In this document: positions 37,778 to 48,191 of the stretch, piece after piece
Position numbering within the stretch: the stretch's first letter is position 1
Layout of the letters: every line of letters begins with the position of its first letter
From: a virus
Lineage: Duplodnaviria > Caudoviricetes
DNA: 64,000 nt
Virus record (IMG/VR): IMGVR_UViG_3300020037_003256
Location: 64,001 to 128,000 of that record
Direction: 5' to 3' (one strand)
Position numbers and translations under genes: made by a program
The notes under the pieces: model-generated
Told to the model about the DNA's origin: nothing
Seen by the model: only the letters and a program-made list of their open reading frames with translations
Databases searched by the model: none

Positions 37778-38329
37778 TTACTGCAAAATCTCGTGGCCGT
37801 CTGTGTATTTAGTCAGCTCTTCCCAGTGCCCGCCACCACGAAATATAAGCCTGTGTCGCGTATCTCTACGAAGATACTCTTCCGGACTTCTGTCCAAAAA
37901 GGTTCGAAACGTAGCACAAGGCCTGTCACGCCAAAACAAGCGAAGTGTTGCGTCTTTCGGCCTGCCTGGGTTAATGCGATACCAGGTGCTTTCATTCGAA
38001 ATGTCTTGTTCCGTTAATCCTTTATGCGCGAACTTAACACAACCAAGGTCCAGCGAAGTATAAGGGGACAACCCGTCCTTGTCGTACCTCGCACCAGGAT
38101 ATACGTTTAACCAAGCGGCTATATGCAACTTGGTTACACGCCGACACGAAACAAGTTGTCCGTTTATATCAAGAATCAGGTTAACGCTTTGGGCAAACTT
38201 ATCAGCTAACGTGAAATCGAAGCGAGCTCTGTACGCGTCGAGACCACGTTTAATTGTGGTCGATTTCGTGAGTAGCCCATAGGACGTAGTTTCTATGTGC
38301 TTGATGATCTCTTTTCTCGTTCGCATCAC
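37778..38329 (-). CDS. array paralogue 27
   Basis: TTSYGLL, RDRPC, GHWEE. Confidence 0.85.
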   Translation of the reverse strand: MMRTRKEIIKHIETTSYGLLTKSTTIKRGLDAYRARFDFTLADKFAQSVNLILDINGQLVSCRRVTKLHIAAWLNVYPGARYDKDGLSPYTSLDLGCVKFAHKGLTEQDISNESTWYRINPGRPKDATLRLFWRDRPCATFRTFLDRSPEEYLRRDTRHRLIFRGGGHWEELTKYTDGHEILQ

Positions 38330-38862
38330 CTGTCCTCTATCGCGTGTTCATCTGCGTAGTTCATAACCTCGGCCCAACGGCAGGTCATACCAAACGCTGT
38401 AATGATCGCCGCACGACCCTTCGCACGCTGTCTCGTGTATATAAAGTCGGTAGTGTGCCCACAACAATATGTCATGGTAATACACGGCTTATCTTGCCAG
38501 ATGATACTAGTGGTACCGACCACAGACCTTGGCGGAGCACGAAATGATGATATTATCCCGCCAGTATCGCGTGCTGTGACTTCTGCACATTCGAAGCGAC
38601 AATAACACCCTTCGGCTATTTTCGCAGTCTTACCATCAACGCAGCTGAATCGTACCTCTATTGTGAAGTCGTCAATACCCGCACAACGGAATAACTGCCC
38701 GGAAATATCTAAGTTGAAGACACAAGAAGGCCTCGCCTTTTTAGCAAGATAAAAGGCGTACCAGACATACTGACCATTCGGACTGTAGCGGACATGCGTT
38801 CTTCCTAACAATCCATACGAAGTGCGTTTTACGTACGCAGATAGCTCTTTTCTTGTTATCAT
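38326..38862 (-). CDS. array paralogue 26
   Basis: RTSYGLL, QDKPC, CRWAE. Confidence 0.85.
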   Translation of the reverse strand: MITRKELSAYVKRTSYGLLGRTHVRYSPNGQYVWYAFYLAKKARPSCVFNLDISGQLFRCAGIDDFTIEVRFSCVDGKTAKIAEGCYCRFECAEVTARDTGGIISSFRAPPRSVVGTTSIIWQDKPCITMTYCCGHTTDFIYTRQRAKGRAAIITAFGMTCRWAEVMNYADEHAIEDR

Positions 38863-38888
38863 TAAGTACCTTTCGTATTATTTCTGGT

Positions 38889-39389
38889 CTAGTCTTGCAT
38901 CATTTCTAACCACTGACCGCGCATACCAAAATACACGGTAGCCCCGCGAGCACCCCGCCCAAAACATTGTCGGTGCCCTGGCTCTAATCGGAACGTGACG
39001 CACGGCTTATCCTGCCAGATCAAGCGGACAATACTGGAGCGTGCATCCGGTTGCCATTTTTCAGCCGTATTCGATTGCGTCGTTGATTGTGCCGTAACTT
39101 GCCTGACACCTGCGCATTGAAAAGTACACCAAGCCACAAGCGTGAAGTGCACAGAGGTTTCGTCCCGGGTGCGGCACCACGCATTAACCGAAAAGTTTTT
39201 GACCTGCGCACAGAAGAACAACTGTCCCCCAACATCGACAGTTAGGTTACGTGGACGTTCTTTAGTACGTCTACGATGGAACACGTACCAGCTTGAAGTA
39301 CCTCCGGCGTACTCGCGAACTACGTGCCCGCCCAAGAAATTGAATGATGATTTTCTTGCATACGCAACCACGTCTTCTCTTGTTCTCAT
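38889..39389 (-). CDS. array paralogue 25
   Basis: KSSFNFL, QDKPC, GQWLE. Confidence 0.85.
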   Translation of the reverse strand: MRTREDVVAYARKSSFNFLGGHVVREYAGGTSSWYVFHRRRTKERPRNLTVDVGGQLFFCAQVKNFSVNAWCRTRDETSVHFTLVAWCTFQCAGVRQVTAQSTTQSNTAEKWQPDARSSIVRLIWQDKPCVTFRLEPGHRQCFGRGARGATVYFGMRGQWLEMMQD

Positions 39390-39892
39390 TGTTGCTCTTT
39401 CCACGGATGTGGGGCCAAACCAGATATCATTTCCACCCACGGCCCCTGTGCGTAAAAATACGCGTAACGTTTACGCGGTGTCACGGTAAAATACGTACGG
39501 TGTTCGTTCGCAACCGTGAATGTGACACAGGGCTTGTCTTGCCACAACAGCCTGACCGTAAACGGATCTACCGTGGCAGAAGTTGAGCGAGATCGCGACG
39601 GGACAAACGGCATAACCTTAGAACAGCGAAAACTCAAATGCGCGGTTCGGTAAGCCGGCAAGTATACAGTGACCGTAGGATCAAAATGGACAGAGAGCGT
39701 AAATTTGGCTATGTCTCGGCATGTAAATAATTGTCCAGCCATGTCTACAGTTAGAGACGAGAGATACGCTGAGTTTCGCAGGTAAAAAGTATACCAATGA
39801 CAAAAGTCAGTCACGGCGCTAATATGACAACGATGAAGTAGGCCAAACGAAGACTTCCTAGCATATTCAACTATTTCTTTTCTTGTTTTCAT
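39386..39892 (-). CDS. array paralogue 24
   Basis: KSSFGLL, QDKPC, GPWVE. Confidence 0.85.
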   Translation of the reverse strand: MKTRKEIVEYARKSSFGLLHRCHISAVTDFCHWYTFYLRNSAYLSSLTVDMAGQLFTCRDIAKFTLSVHFDPTVTVYLPAYRTAHLSFRCSKVMPFVPSRSRSTSATVDPFTVRLLWQDKPCVTFTVANEHRTYFTVTPRKRYAYFYAQGPWVEMISGLAPHPWKEQQ

Positions 39893-40407
39893 TGGGCATC
39901 CTTGATCCTGCGAATAACCGCAGCAGATAGTACTTCCAGCCAAAATCCCCGCACAGCAAAATCTACGTGTTTTCCGACAACCGTTGTAAAATGCCGCCCA
40001 AATTTTACACTCACCGAGAAAGTGATGCACGGTCTGTCCTGCCAGATTAGGCGCACACTGAGAGGTTTTTGCGCGGGTGGCCAGGTTAAGCCTTTCTCTA
40101 GAACAACTTGTGGCGACGTGAGCGTAATGACTTTCGCACAGCGGAACGTTATCCAAGCAGACCGCTCAAACCATACGGCTGTTGCGTCTCCCGGATTACA
40201 CGCGACATTGATTGAAAAATTCTCAACCGCTTCACAAAGCAGCAACTGTCCAGCAATGTCTACAGTTAGATTCCGTGGTCGTGGCAACTTCGGCTTTAAG
40301 TGGAAAGTGTACCAGCGTGTGGGACCAGAGTCGTAGCATTTGTGACTACCTAATAGCCCAAACGACGTCCGCTTAACGTGTTCTAGTATTTCTTCTCTTG
40401 TTTTCAT
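39889..40407 (-). CDS. array paralogue 23
   Basis: RTSFGLL, QDRPC, GFWLE. Confidence 0.85.
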   Translation of the reverse strand: MKTREEILEHVKRTSFGLLGSHKCYDSGPTRWYTFHLKPKLPRPRNLTVDIAGQLLLCEAVENFSINVACNPGDATAVWFERSAWITFRCAKVITLTSPQVVLEKGLTWPPAQKPLSVRLIWQDRPCITFSVSVKFGRHFTTVVGKHVDFAVRGFWLEVLSAAVIRRIKDAQ

Positions 40408-41032
40408 TTTTAGGTGCTCGTTTCTGCTTCGTACAAAGTTTCCGCATTTCCTTAAGATCGGATAACGGAATAAGCAGTTTTTCTTCTATGTAGTCCAACA
40501 CGAGAGGATAACAATCAGGATTCTCTTCAAATCCCAACACCATGCTTATTGCCTCGCTATCCGTTGTTTGCATCTCGTACTTGCGGTAGACCCGATCAAA
40601 CTCTTGCCACGCGACTCTGGCAGCAACGTCGCCTTGTTCGGTTACACCCAGATAGAACCCGACAACCGTATGCTCTGTTGGATAGATCGTACCGCCTGGT
40701 ATGTCTTTGATAAAAAGATTGAGTCTGTCCCCAAGCGTGGCTTTGAAGTTAGCAATGTGCGGATGAGCTACGCCGATAGTGCCGTCCGCATATTCCTTCC
40801 AGCAAATGTCGTTTTCTGGGGAACTGAACCAACAGCGACCATTTGCGAGATGGGCACGCCGAGGATCAGACTCCACAGGAGAATACGGGTATACAAACAT
40901 TACCGTTATCTCGGGATAGCTGAAGCAGTCTGCAAACTTCTTAACGCGTTCAAATGTGGGTACACCAGTTTCAAGGGCCGCACGCATTCCCGGCAAACCG
41001 GCACTAGTCCGGAAGAACTTAATCTCTGGCAT
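40373..41032 (-). CDS. hypothetical protein (not an array member)
   Basis: 219-aa ORF lacking the array motifs; GAGG SD. Confidence 0.7.
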   Translation of the reverse strand: MPEIKFFRTSAGLPGMRAALETGVPTFERVKKFADCFSYPEITVMFVYPYSPVESDPRRAHLANGRCWFSSPENDICWKEYADGTIGVAHPHIANFKATLGDRLNLFIKDIPGGTIYPTEHTVVGFYLGVTEQGDVAARVAWQEFDRVYRKYEMQTTDSEAISMVLGFEENPDCYPLVLDYIEEKLLIPLSDLKEMRKLCTKQKRAPKNENKRRNTRTR

Positions 41033-41043
41033 TTTCGTTCCTC

Positions 41044-41574
41044 TTATAAACGAAAGGACTGTGGATTCTTATCCGCGTAGTCATTCAGTTCCAGCCAGTT
41101 ACCCACACTGTCTATAACTTTGCCTTCTTTTTTAATCCTAGTTAAAGTTCTTTCAACAAAGAACAAAAACGGAAATCGGCTAGCCACGCCCTTGACGATT
41201 GTGCAGCAGAGGCGGTCGTCAGCATATACGCGAACGAAGTCATTTTGCTTAAGTGCACGATGTAACAGGGCAGAGGTATCCGTGGGGTTTAACTCCGTTG
41301 CTCCGCAGTAGATGCCTCGACACCTAATGTTGAAATAAGTGATGGGAGGAAATGTATCTAAGTTATGATTCTGGGCGCGTAGTGTTGTTTTGGTGTTGAA
41401 TTCGGCTACCCCCTCAAACCTTAAAACACAATCTCCAGCTTCTACCATTATGGGGGTGTCGCGACGCGGTAACATGTCGCAAGTCACATGCAGCTCGGAT
41501 ACTTCACGTAGATAAAGCAAATCATAAGACGTCTTTCTTACGAAAGCATCTATCTCTTTTTTAGCTATCACCAT
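41044..41574 (-). CDS. array paralogue 22
   Basis: KTSYDLL, DDRLC, GNWLE. Confidence 0.8.
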   Translation of the reverse strand: MVIAKKEIDAFVRKTSYDLLYLREVSELHVTCDMLPRRDTPIMVEAGDCVLRFEGVAEFNTKTTLRAQNHNLDTFPPITYFNIRCRGIYCGATELNPTDTSALLHRALKQNDFVRVYADDRLCCTIVKGVASRFPFLFFVERTLTRIKKEGKVIDSVGNWLELNDYADKNPQSFRL

Positions 41575-42089
41575 CGAGGTACTCCTGGTATTGCGTCCGA
41601 AAAACAGCCGTTTAGTTCTTGCCACGTGGCTTGTGCGCTAAAGTACCACCGTCTGCCTTGATATGTCGGCGTAAAGTTAGGTCGCGTCATGGTGTACACG
41701 CGACTGAATGTTATGCAGGGTTTATCGTCCCGATATATGCGTATACGCGAGACAGCCTGCCGGCTTATTTTGATGGGTAAGCCTGGACGACTCCTGTTTT
41801 CAAACGCACGGCAAGTAAGTGCTACTGCAGTTGGTTTCCGCAGTCGTATCAGTACCCCGTCCTCACGTACGCGTAAACTGGGACTTAGCCGTAAAACAGC
41901 CCCACAACATCGAATCGCGTATTCATTAAGCTCTATATCTAATGTCAGCTCAGGTTGCCCTATTTCGATGGTTGCCATGTAGTCAAAATAAGCGGTTGGC
42001 CAAGTCCCTGGTGCGTGCGCCCGGTGTGCCTTGTGAAGCAAACCGTAGGACGTTCTATGCACGTACGCATCAAGCTCATCTTGTGTCAT
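41568..42089 (-). CDS. array paralogue 21
   Basis: RTSYGLL, DDKPC, ATWQE. Confidence 0.85.
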   Translation of the reverse strand: MTQDELDAYVHRTSYGLLHKAHRAHAPGTWPTAYFDYMATIEIGQPELTLDIELNEYAIRCCGAVLRLSPSLRVREDGVLIRLRKPTAVALTCRAFENRSRPGLPIKISRQAVSRIRIYRDDKPCITFSRVYTMTRPNFTPTYQGRRWYFSAQATWQELNGCFSDAIPGVPRW

Positions 42090-42090
42090 T

Positions 42091-42576
42091 TTAACGCTCC
42101 GTACGGAATCCTCGCATTTCACACCAACTTCCAGTAGCCGTTGCCGTGTTTTGCCGTTTCGAAAGGAGTGCAAAGGTGTATAGAGAAAAGGCCGCTGCGA
42201 ACTGTTGGACTATTGTGAAACAAACTTTATTTTCGATATAACCGCGCACTAGCGTGTAAGGCAGTTGATCGTAGTTAGGGTCTACTGCGGTTTCAGTCTG
42301 TGCCGTGAAGGCGCACCAGCAACGACACGAGTCGAAGCTCGCGTCACAGTGATTTGGCGCATACCACGTCGCATTAGGCACAGAAATATGTATGCTAACT
42401 AGCCTACGTGGCGGCAGTACCAAACCATTAACATCCAAAACTAAATCAAGCTTATTTTGGTATTCCGGTTTCAACGCCACCACGAAAGACATGATATTCC
42501 AAAAATCCGGCACGATATGTAGGTAGCCGTATGATACCGCTTCAATTCTTTCGGCAAAAGCCGCTAAACTAGGCAT
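42091..42576 (-). CDS. array paralogue 20
   Basis: AVSYGYL, ENKVC, GSWCE. Confidence 0.8.
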   Translation of the reverse strand: MPSLAAFAERIEAVSYGYLHIVPDFWNIMSFVVALKPEYQNKLDLVLDVNGLVLPPRRLVSIHISVPNATWYAPNHCDASFDSCRCWCAFTAQTETAVDPNYDQLPYTLVRGYIENKVCFTIVQQFAAAFSLYTFALLSKRQNTATATGSWCEMRGFRTER

Positions 42577-43141
42577 TTAGACTCCAGTTCATATTCGTTA
42601 GTTCTTGCCATTCTCCGTTAGCCTCCAGGTATAGATGTCCGCCGTCCAGGTTACTACGAAGCAACGCGTGTAGGCCCCGAAGAGGCTTAAACGTAAAACA
42701 GGGACGGTCATTACAGTAGCCGCGAATAATCGGCGGGGTCCACACATCAGGCCGTTCTGCTAGCTTACTTACAAACAACCGACCACACGGAGGTACGGGT
42801 TTAATTGCCGCAAAATGTAGAGACAGGAACGAATTACTGTTCGCGTATATGGACGCTTCGTCTACACGGTATGCGGTGAACCGCACCGTAATGCTTAGGC
42901 GTGTTACAGCGTGGCAGCCAAATAGCTGCCCATTAACATCCAAAGTAAGATCTAGTGGGACTAACTGTCTCGGTTCTGTGATATACCGTACAAAACCAAA
43001 ACGTTCTGGTTTAGGTTTTTCTTCGTCCAGCAGACCATACGAAGTCCTACGAACATGCATAGCTGCACGGGCCAGTAGCGCCTGACGCTGGTTAACCCTA
43101 TTGACGTACAATTCATTCAAATCGTTTGCTAGTTCTTCCAT
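42569..43141 (-). CDS. array paralogue 19
   Basis: RTSYGLL, NDRPC, GEWQE. Confidence 0.85.
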   Translation of the reverse strand: MEELANDLNELYVNRVNQRQALLARAAMHVRRTSYGLLDEEKPKPERFGFVRYITEPRQLVPLDLTLDVNGQLFGCHAVTRLSITVRFTAYRVDEASIYANSNSFLSLHFAAIKPVPPCGRLFVSKLAERPDVWTPPIIRGYCNDRPCFTFKPLRGLHALLRSNLDGGHLYLEANGEWQELTNMNWSLNA

Positions 43142-43148
43142 ATAGGCT

Positions 43149-43706
43149 CTAGGATTTAAAATTGCGTACCAGGCCCTCGAATTCTAACCACACGCCGGTA
43201 ATCTGAATTACACGGCGATCCGCTAAAGGTCCAGTACGTTTTATGCTTTGGTTGATGTAAGTATTCGCTAATGTGAGCGTATGTTGGTTGTCCAAATACA
43301 CGACTACGTCGCAGCGATCGTGAAAGCTTCGCAAAAACTGCGTTGCATCGTGCGGACGTTTCGCTAATGGTGAGCCATCTACGCGACACGCTACGATATC
43401 GCAACAACTGAACAGTATGTAACTTTCGGATGCCGGGTATACCGCAAAAAGCTGTCCATCTTCTGTTAGCAGTTGATTCGTCCTTGCTTGCAACGGACTA
43501 CAGTCCGTACACTTAAAAAGCTGATCGCCCAAACGCAGATAAAGATCGTAGTACTTATAGTCGCTGGGCGTGTAACGAAACTCGATACGCTCGTTGTCTC
43601 GTGGTGCCGTCCACGCTAACAGGTTACCGTAGGACGTACGCATTACGTAATCCATAAGGTGTATCCACGTCTTATAACGCTTCGCTGCGGTGCTGGTCTC
43701 TGCCAT
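43149..43706 (-). CDS. array paralogue 18
   Basis: RTSYGNL, GVWLE. Confidence 0.8.
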   Translation of the reverse strand: MAETSTAAKRYKTWIHLMDYVMRTSYGNLLAWTAPRDNERIEFRYTPSDYKYYDLYLRLGDQLFKCTDCSPLQARTNQLLTEDGQLFAVYPASESYILFSCCDIVACRVDGSPLAKRPHDATQFLRSFHDRCDVVVYLDNQHTLTLANTYINQSIKRTGPLADRRVIQITGVWLEFEGLVRNFKS

Positions 43707-43731
43707 GTTTGTCCTTAGGTGTTTGCCACCG

Positions 43732-44250
43732 CTATGTACCTAACTGCGAGAAGATGATTTGTTGACCAAAGTCTTCCACCTCCAACCAATCACCGTAGAA
43801 GCGTATAGAGCTATGTTTGGTCGGTCTGTGGTTGATCTGTTGCAGATAGCCTTCCGCCGTCTCTTCTGTGATGTTTATCGTGGCGATTTGCACATCATCC
43901 GCGTATATGCGAACCAGCCCCGTACGCACGTATAAGTTTTGAAAAACAGACCTGTCACAAGGCAGCGTACCGTTAATCACGATATATTGTGACTCGTCGT
44001 ATTTTTGCAAAACGAGCTGCTTAGCCCTACGTTCGTATGTCGAATACGCTGCGTGTAAAGTCAGACCTCCGCAACAGAAACAACGGAACATGTGCCCGTT
44101 GCCTTCGATACCGATTAGCTTTTTCCTAAGAACGTCGTGGGGCACCCGATACGACAATGGACTATTTGCATAATCCAGCACCGGAGACAAAACGCCATAA
44201 GACGTCTTGTAAACGTAGTCGTCGAATGCCTGTCTTACGTTGGTGTGCAT
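43732..44250 (-). CDS. array paralogue 17
   Basis: KTSYGVL, GDWLE. Confidence 0.8.
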   Translation of the reverse strand: MHTNVRQAFDDYVYKTSYGVLSPVLDYANSPLSYRVPHDVLRKKLIGIEGNGHMFRCFCCGGLTLHAAYSTYERRAKQLVLQKYDESQYIVINGTLPCDRSVFQNLYVRTGLVRIYADDVQIATINITEETAEGYLQQINHRPTKHSSIRFYGDWLEVEDFGQQIIFSQLGT

Positions 44251-44726
44251 GGTAGATACTTTCCGTAGTACTGTGCCGTCGTTTTAGTGAAGTAACTATC
44301 CCACTCTACCCACAAACCACGAAGCTCTAATTCGATACCTTTTCGCGTTGCTGTGACTATTCTCGCCGGCGTGAATGCAAGTGAAAGCCGCAGAACGAGG
44401 ATCAGATTATCGCCGCAGTACAGCCGAACCCATTCACCGGATCTAAGGCTTTGCCGGTCCAACAACGGATTAGTTTCGTTGGTGTCTTCCAGCGAGACGA
44501 TAAGACGCGTGTAATCGTTGTTTGAGCCGTTTGCATCAATGTCGATTGCGGTAATTCGTTTCTGCGGCACGCAGCAACCATTTAGCTCAAATGCCAATGC
44601 AAGTCGACGACACCGCGCTACACGGTACCTTGGCCATGAACGCTTTGTTGAATTCGCTCTTACCGGCTGAATATGCCCATAAGACGTCTGTCGAATGTAA
44701 TTATCCGCATGCTCTCTTACCTTCAT
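44235..44726 (-). CDS. array paralogue 16
   Basis: QTSYGHI, GLWVE. Confidence 0.8.
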   Translation of the reverse strand: MKVREHADNYIRQTSYGHIQPVRANSTKRSWPRYRVARCRRLALAFELNGCCVPQKRITAIDIDANGSNNDYTRLIVSLEDTNETNPLLDRQSLRSGEWVRLYCGDNLILVLRLSLAFTPARIVTATRKGIELELRGLWVEWDSYFTKTTAQYYGKYLPCTPT

Positions 44727-44729
44727 AAG

Positions 44730-45368
44730 TCATACCTTCCCGCTAAGTGTTTTTCGGTTGTGCGAGACAACCAAGTCCTGCAGCTCTAACCAAGCACCTC
44801 GCACAGTTACGAACCAATCTCGCACGGCACCCCGAATACGCTCTACAGAAATTATGAGCGAGTTATTGTCGCGTACGGCCAAACCAGCCACCTGTAGCGT
44901 AATAATCGGTCTGTCTTTGGCGTAGATTATCGCGAACTCTGCACTGGTGTATCTCGGGTCACGTCGCCAGTATCCTTCAGCCACGGCAGTGTCCTTTTTG
45001 GCTAGATGTACTCCGCGACAATGGATACGCACCTCCGCAAGACAGCAGGCGTTTAGCATTCTGCCCTGTTGTGGAGGCGGATACGCACTGCTAAACAGCC
45101 CGGGCCGTTGGTCGTCGTGTTGCATGTAGAACCCTGCAGTATCGGAGCTGAACATCAGGCCAACGGTGGTGTTTGTCCGAACGTCTATGTGGCTGACACC
45201 CGACAACGCTATCCTGCGGCCCCAAAAATCAAGGTCCACTACGTACGCGTGCGGAGCACCCGTAAACGTCAACGACGTGTCCGGCGTGGCAAGATTAGGC
45301 AACAGATAACCATACGACGTCCGAGTAATCGAACGCTTAACATGTGCGATCAATACATCTGTTTTCAT
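44730..45368 (-). CDS. array paralogue 15
   Basis: RTSYGYL, KDRPI, GAWLE. Confidence 0.8.
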   Translation of the reverse strand: MKTDVLIAHVKRSITRTSYGYLLPNLATPDTSLTFTGAPHAYVVDLDFWGRRIALSGVSHIDVRTNTTVGLMFSSDTAGFYMQHDDQRPGLFSSAYPPPQQGRMLNACCLAEVRIHCRGVHLAKKDTAVAEGYWRRDPRYTSAEFAIIYAKDRPIITLQVAGLAVRDNNSLIISVERIRGAVRDWFVTVRGAWLELQDLVVSHNRKTLSGKV

Positions 45369-45925
45369 TACGACTCCAATAACGGAAGTGGTGATACGGA
45401 AGCGGCTAGTGAAGCTATCTCTAGCCAAGTGCCATGCAGATAAACCTCGGAAGTCCAGCGCTGGGTATCGTACCCCGTGTCAACCCACGAATAACGGTTG
45501 AACCACGACAAGTTAAACGTGAATACAGGTTTATCTCGATAGTACCCCGTGACCGTCTCTACCCAGTTTTTCCGCGGCAAGAACTGAATCATAGATGCCG
45601 CGGTGTAAAGAGGCGTGACAACGATCACGTCTAAACACCGTATACGCGCATAACACCGCGAATCCCCATCATGCCGGCCTGTGAAACGCCCCGGATGGGT
45701 AAGTCGCATGTTCGTGCTCATGAATATGTCAAACACAGAGACACATTTAATCGCGAACGCATTGAACTGAAGAATAAGAGGATCAGACTTACTAAGATTG
45801 TCGGCACTAAAAGTCAGATATTTCGTGTCACTGTCGTCTACTGTCCGACCTTCAAATAAACCGTAAGAAGTCCTATGAATGTAATCATTGGTCTTCTCGT
45901 GTAGTCGCCTTACTTCGATCGACAT
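45368..45925 (-). CDS. array paralogue 14
   Basis: RTSYGLF, RDKPV, GTWLE. Confidence 0.8.
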   Translation of the reverse strand: MSIEVRRLHEKTNDYIHRTSYGLFEGRTVDDSDTKYLTFSADNLSKSDPLILQFNAFAIKCVSVFDIFMSTNMRLTHPGRFTGRHDGDSRCYARIRCLDVIVVTPLYTAASMIQFLPRKNWVETVTGYYRDKPVFTFNLSWFNRYSWVDTGYDTQRWTSEVYLHGTWLEIASLAASVSPLPLLES

Positions 45926-45933
45926 GAACCCTC

Positions 45934-46494
45934 CTATTCAAATATAGATCTAAAGCATCGACTAGCGTACCAGCTGTTAAACTCTTCCCAGTATCCTCGC
46001 AGTACCAAAGTGGTGATAGTCGTTAAAGCGCCCAATGAGAACGACAGCTCCCTGGTATGGTTAGCTCGTAACACTGCAACTGCTTTATCGTTAAGATACA
46101 AGCGTGAGTACCCTCCGCGGTCATGACAGGCGTGAATAATTGCCGTCAGTACGCTGTTAGCCGTACAGGCACGTTGACTGCCTTGCTTATCAGACATCAG
46201 CTCGAAACGGGTCATATGCAGGTACAGTGCGGAAATAGGCGGACTGTCCTCGTAGGGGCCAACAGAAACTGTTAGCACGGTACTGTACGGAGCACAACAA
46301 CGAAACAAAGCACCGTTTATATCCAAAACGACTTTAACGTCGGGATTTGTAACTTGGTACACGTGGAAGCTGATTTCGAAATCCGCTGACCGTCGTTCTT
46401 TCTCGTCGCAGGTAATCTGTCCGTAGGACGTTTCATAGATATAGCGTTGAAAGTCATTCGCTGGTTCAAATACAACGGCATTGTCGTCAAGCAT
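45934..46494 (-). CDS. array paralogue 13
   Basis: ETSYGQI, NDKAV, GYWEE. Confidence 0.8.
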   Translation of the reverse strand: MLDDNAVVFEPANDFQRYIYETSYGQITCDEKERRSADFEISFHVYQVTNPDVKVVLDINGALFRCCAPYSTVLTVSVGPYEDSPPISALYLHMTRFELMSDKQGSQRACTANSVLTAIIHACHDRGGYSRLYLNDKAVAVLRANHTRELSFSLGALTTITTLVLRGYWEEFNSWYASRCFRSIFE

Positions 46495-46516
46495 ACAGCT
46501 CTCCGCATAAAAGTTG

Positions 46517-47125
46517 TTACTCGTCGAAAGGTACGACATACCGAGCTAGATACTGGTAAATATCCGCAATCTCCAACCACGTACCGGTTATGAGTATCTC
46601 CGAGTCGTAATTGTTACCCACTTCGTAACCAACCACGAACGGTCTTCTAGCTACCTCGAATGTTACGACCTGCAACTCACCAATTCGCACAACAATGCTG
46701 GCCCCACAGTTTTCCGTTGTTGCCTCGATCTCGTATTCTATCGTTTCCGCGCTTATGCGTTTGCGCGTCAAACCGTCTACAAAATGATTACACATGATAC
46801 GCATAGTTACCGGTGCTGCGGTTCGAGACAGGTGTGCGGCAGTGCCATCCAGATATAGATCTTTGCCTGTGAGCGTTAATCCGGCAGTCGTATCTACTTT
46901 AAGGATAGATGGGTCTTTACCGGTGAACACATGACCGTTTACGTCTATACATAAGTCCTTGTTACCTACAAGAGCCTTGTTCAGCTTGAAAATGAGTGCC
47001 GTATGCCCCCAGTCACGTTTCACAAGCTCAGCGGTCAAAAACCCGTACGAGACGTGCTCAATGTATTGTTTAATTAATCCTGGCACGTTGTATACGATAC
47101 GTGCTTTCGATTCCGTTGTTTGCAT
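46517..47125 (-). CDS. array paralogue 12
   Basis: HVSYGFL, GTWLE. Confidence 0.8.
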   Translation of the reverse strand: MQTTESKARIVYNVPGLIKQYIEHVSYGFLTAELVKRDWGHTALIFKLNKALVGNKDLCIDVNGHVFTGKDPSILKVDTTAGLTLTGKDLYLDGTAAHLSRTAAPVTMRIMCNHFVDGLTRKRISAETIEYEIEATTENCGASIVVRIGELQVVTFEVARRPFVVGYEVGNNYDSEILITGTWLEIADIYQYLARYVVPFDE

Positions 47126-47134
47126 GCTTTTCCT

Positions 47135-47557
47135 TTAAGTAGGATGCCCACCGTATTCGAGCCAATTACCGCTTACAGTCAGGCTGTACCTTGGGGATGT
47201 TTCTATGTATTCGCAGCCGTTATTTATGACACACGGTTTGTCGTAGGTCAGTATAGGACGTTCTTGCCATAGGATCTGAAACATACGTAACCCAGGACTT
47301 CGACATACATCGCAAATTATCGCATGGCTTTCTGTGTCTGTCGTAAAGGCTATGTACAGTGGTGACGGGTAACCATGAACACCGAAAGTACGTATCCACA
47401 GTACTCTTATCGGAACCAACACGAAGTCGAACAGCAGAGTTACACGCGAATCCGTCTTATCAAAGAGTGTCGTATCGAAGTACCAAAGGCTGGTGTTATC
47501 TGCTCGGCTAATGACCCCGTACGACGTACGTGTTATGTACTCGTCGAAGATTTGCAT
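47135..47557 (-). CDS. array paralogue 11
   Basis: RTSYGVI, QERPI, GNWLE. Confidence 0.8.
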   Translation of the reverse strand: MQIFDEYITRTSYGVISRADNTSLWYFDTTLFDKTDSRVTLLFDFVLVPIRVLWIRTFGVHGYPSPLYIAFTTDTESHAIICDVCRSPGLRMFQILWQERPILTYDKPCVINNGCEYIETSPRYSLTVSGNWLEYGGHPT

Positions 47558-48156
47558 TATTCCCACTCCGCCAATTTTGAAATATCAACACCGTGGGTCT
47601 TCGCGGCCTCGGCTCGTTTTACGTTAAGGTCTATCGCGTCTATATCGTTTTGAAGTAGACACCGCTCCAACCATACCCCACCGAAAATTAGCCGACACCA
47701 ATCACGCGATATACGCTTACTCAACACACTTACGTAAGCCTGTGCTATCGTCACTATAGGCTTATCGTTCGCGTATATTCGCACAGCAAAATCGTTGTAA
47801 TTGATGCGACTTTGTATTAGTGAAAGGTTGAACAATGCCGTTGGTTCTGGTGTAACCGTGCCCGCCTCTATCCATAGGCGGCAATACGGACTACGTGCAG
47901 ACGGTCGTAAGCCGAACGACAGCGGAACACATACGTATTCTTGGAAATCCCCAATGCACACACGCACTTGTACGCCAGGATCTTCACGAAGCTGCAAGCC
48001 GTTAACAAGATCGTGGTCGTACTCGGCTCCGTGCAAATAACGCAACGTGTACGTGGAATCGTGTAAACGGTCACCATGTTTCAGCTGCTCAGTTAGCTTA
48101 AGCATTCCGTAAGACGTGCGTTCTATATGCTGTTCCAACGTCTCTTGTCTTTGCAT
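47557..48156 (-). CDS. array paralogue 10
   Basis: RTSYGML, NDKPI, GVWLE. Confidence 0.8.
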   Translation of the reverse strand: MQRQETLEQHIERTSYGMLKLTEQLKHGDRLHDSTYTLRYLHGAEYDHDLVNGLQLREDPGVQVRVCIGDFQEYVCVPLSFGLRPSARSPYCRLWIEAGTVTPEPTALFNLSLIQSRINYNDFAVRIYANDKPIVTIAQAYVSVLSKRISRDWCRLIFGGVWLERCLLQNDIDAIDLNVKRAEAAKTHGVDISKLAEWE

Positions 48157-48167
48157 AATTTACCTAT

Positions 48168-48187
48168 TCTAAAAAACGTTTTTTGAA
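48168..48187. repeat. dispersed palindrome, copy 5 (intergenic, inside the array)
   Basis: TCTAAAAAACGTTTTTTGAA. Confidence 0.8.
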
Positions 48188-48191
48188 ATGC

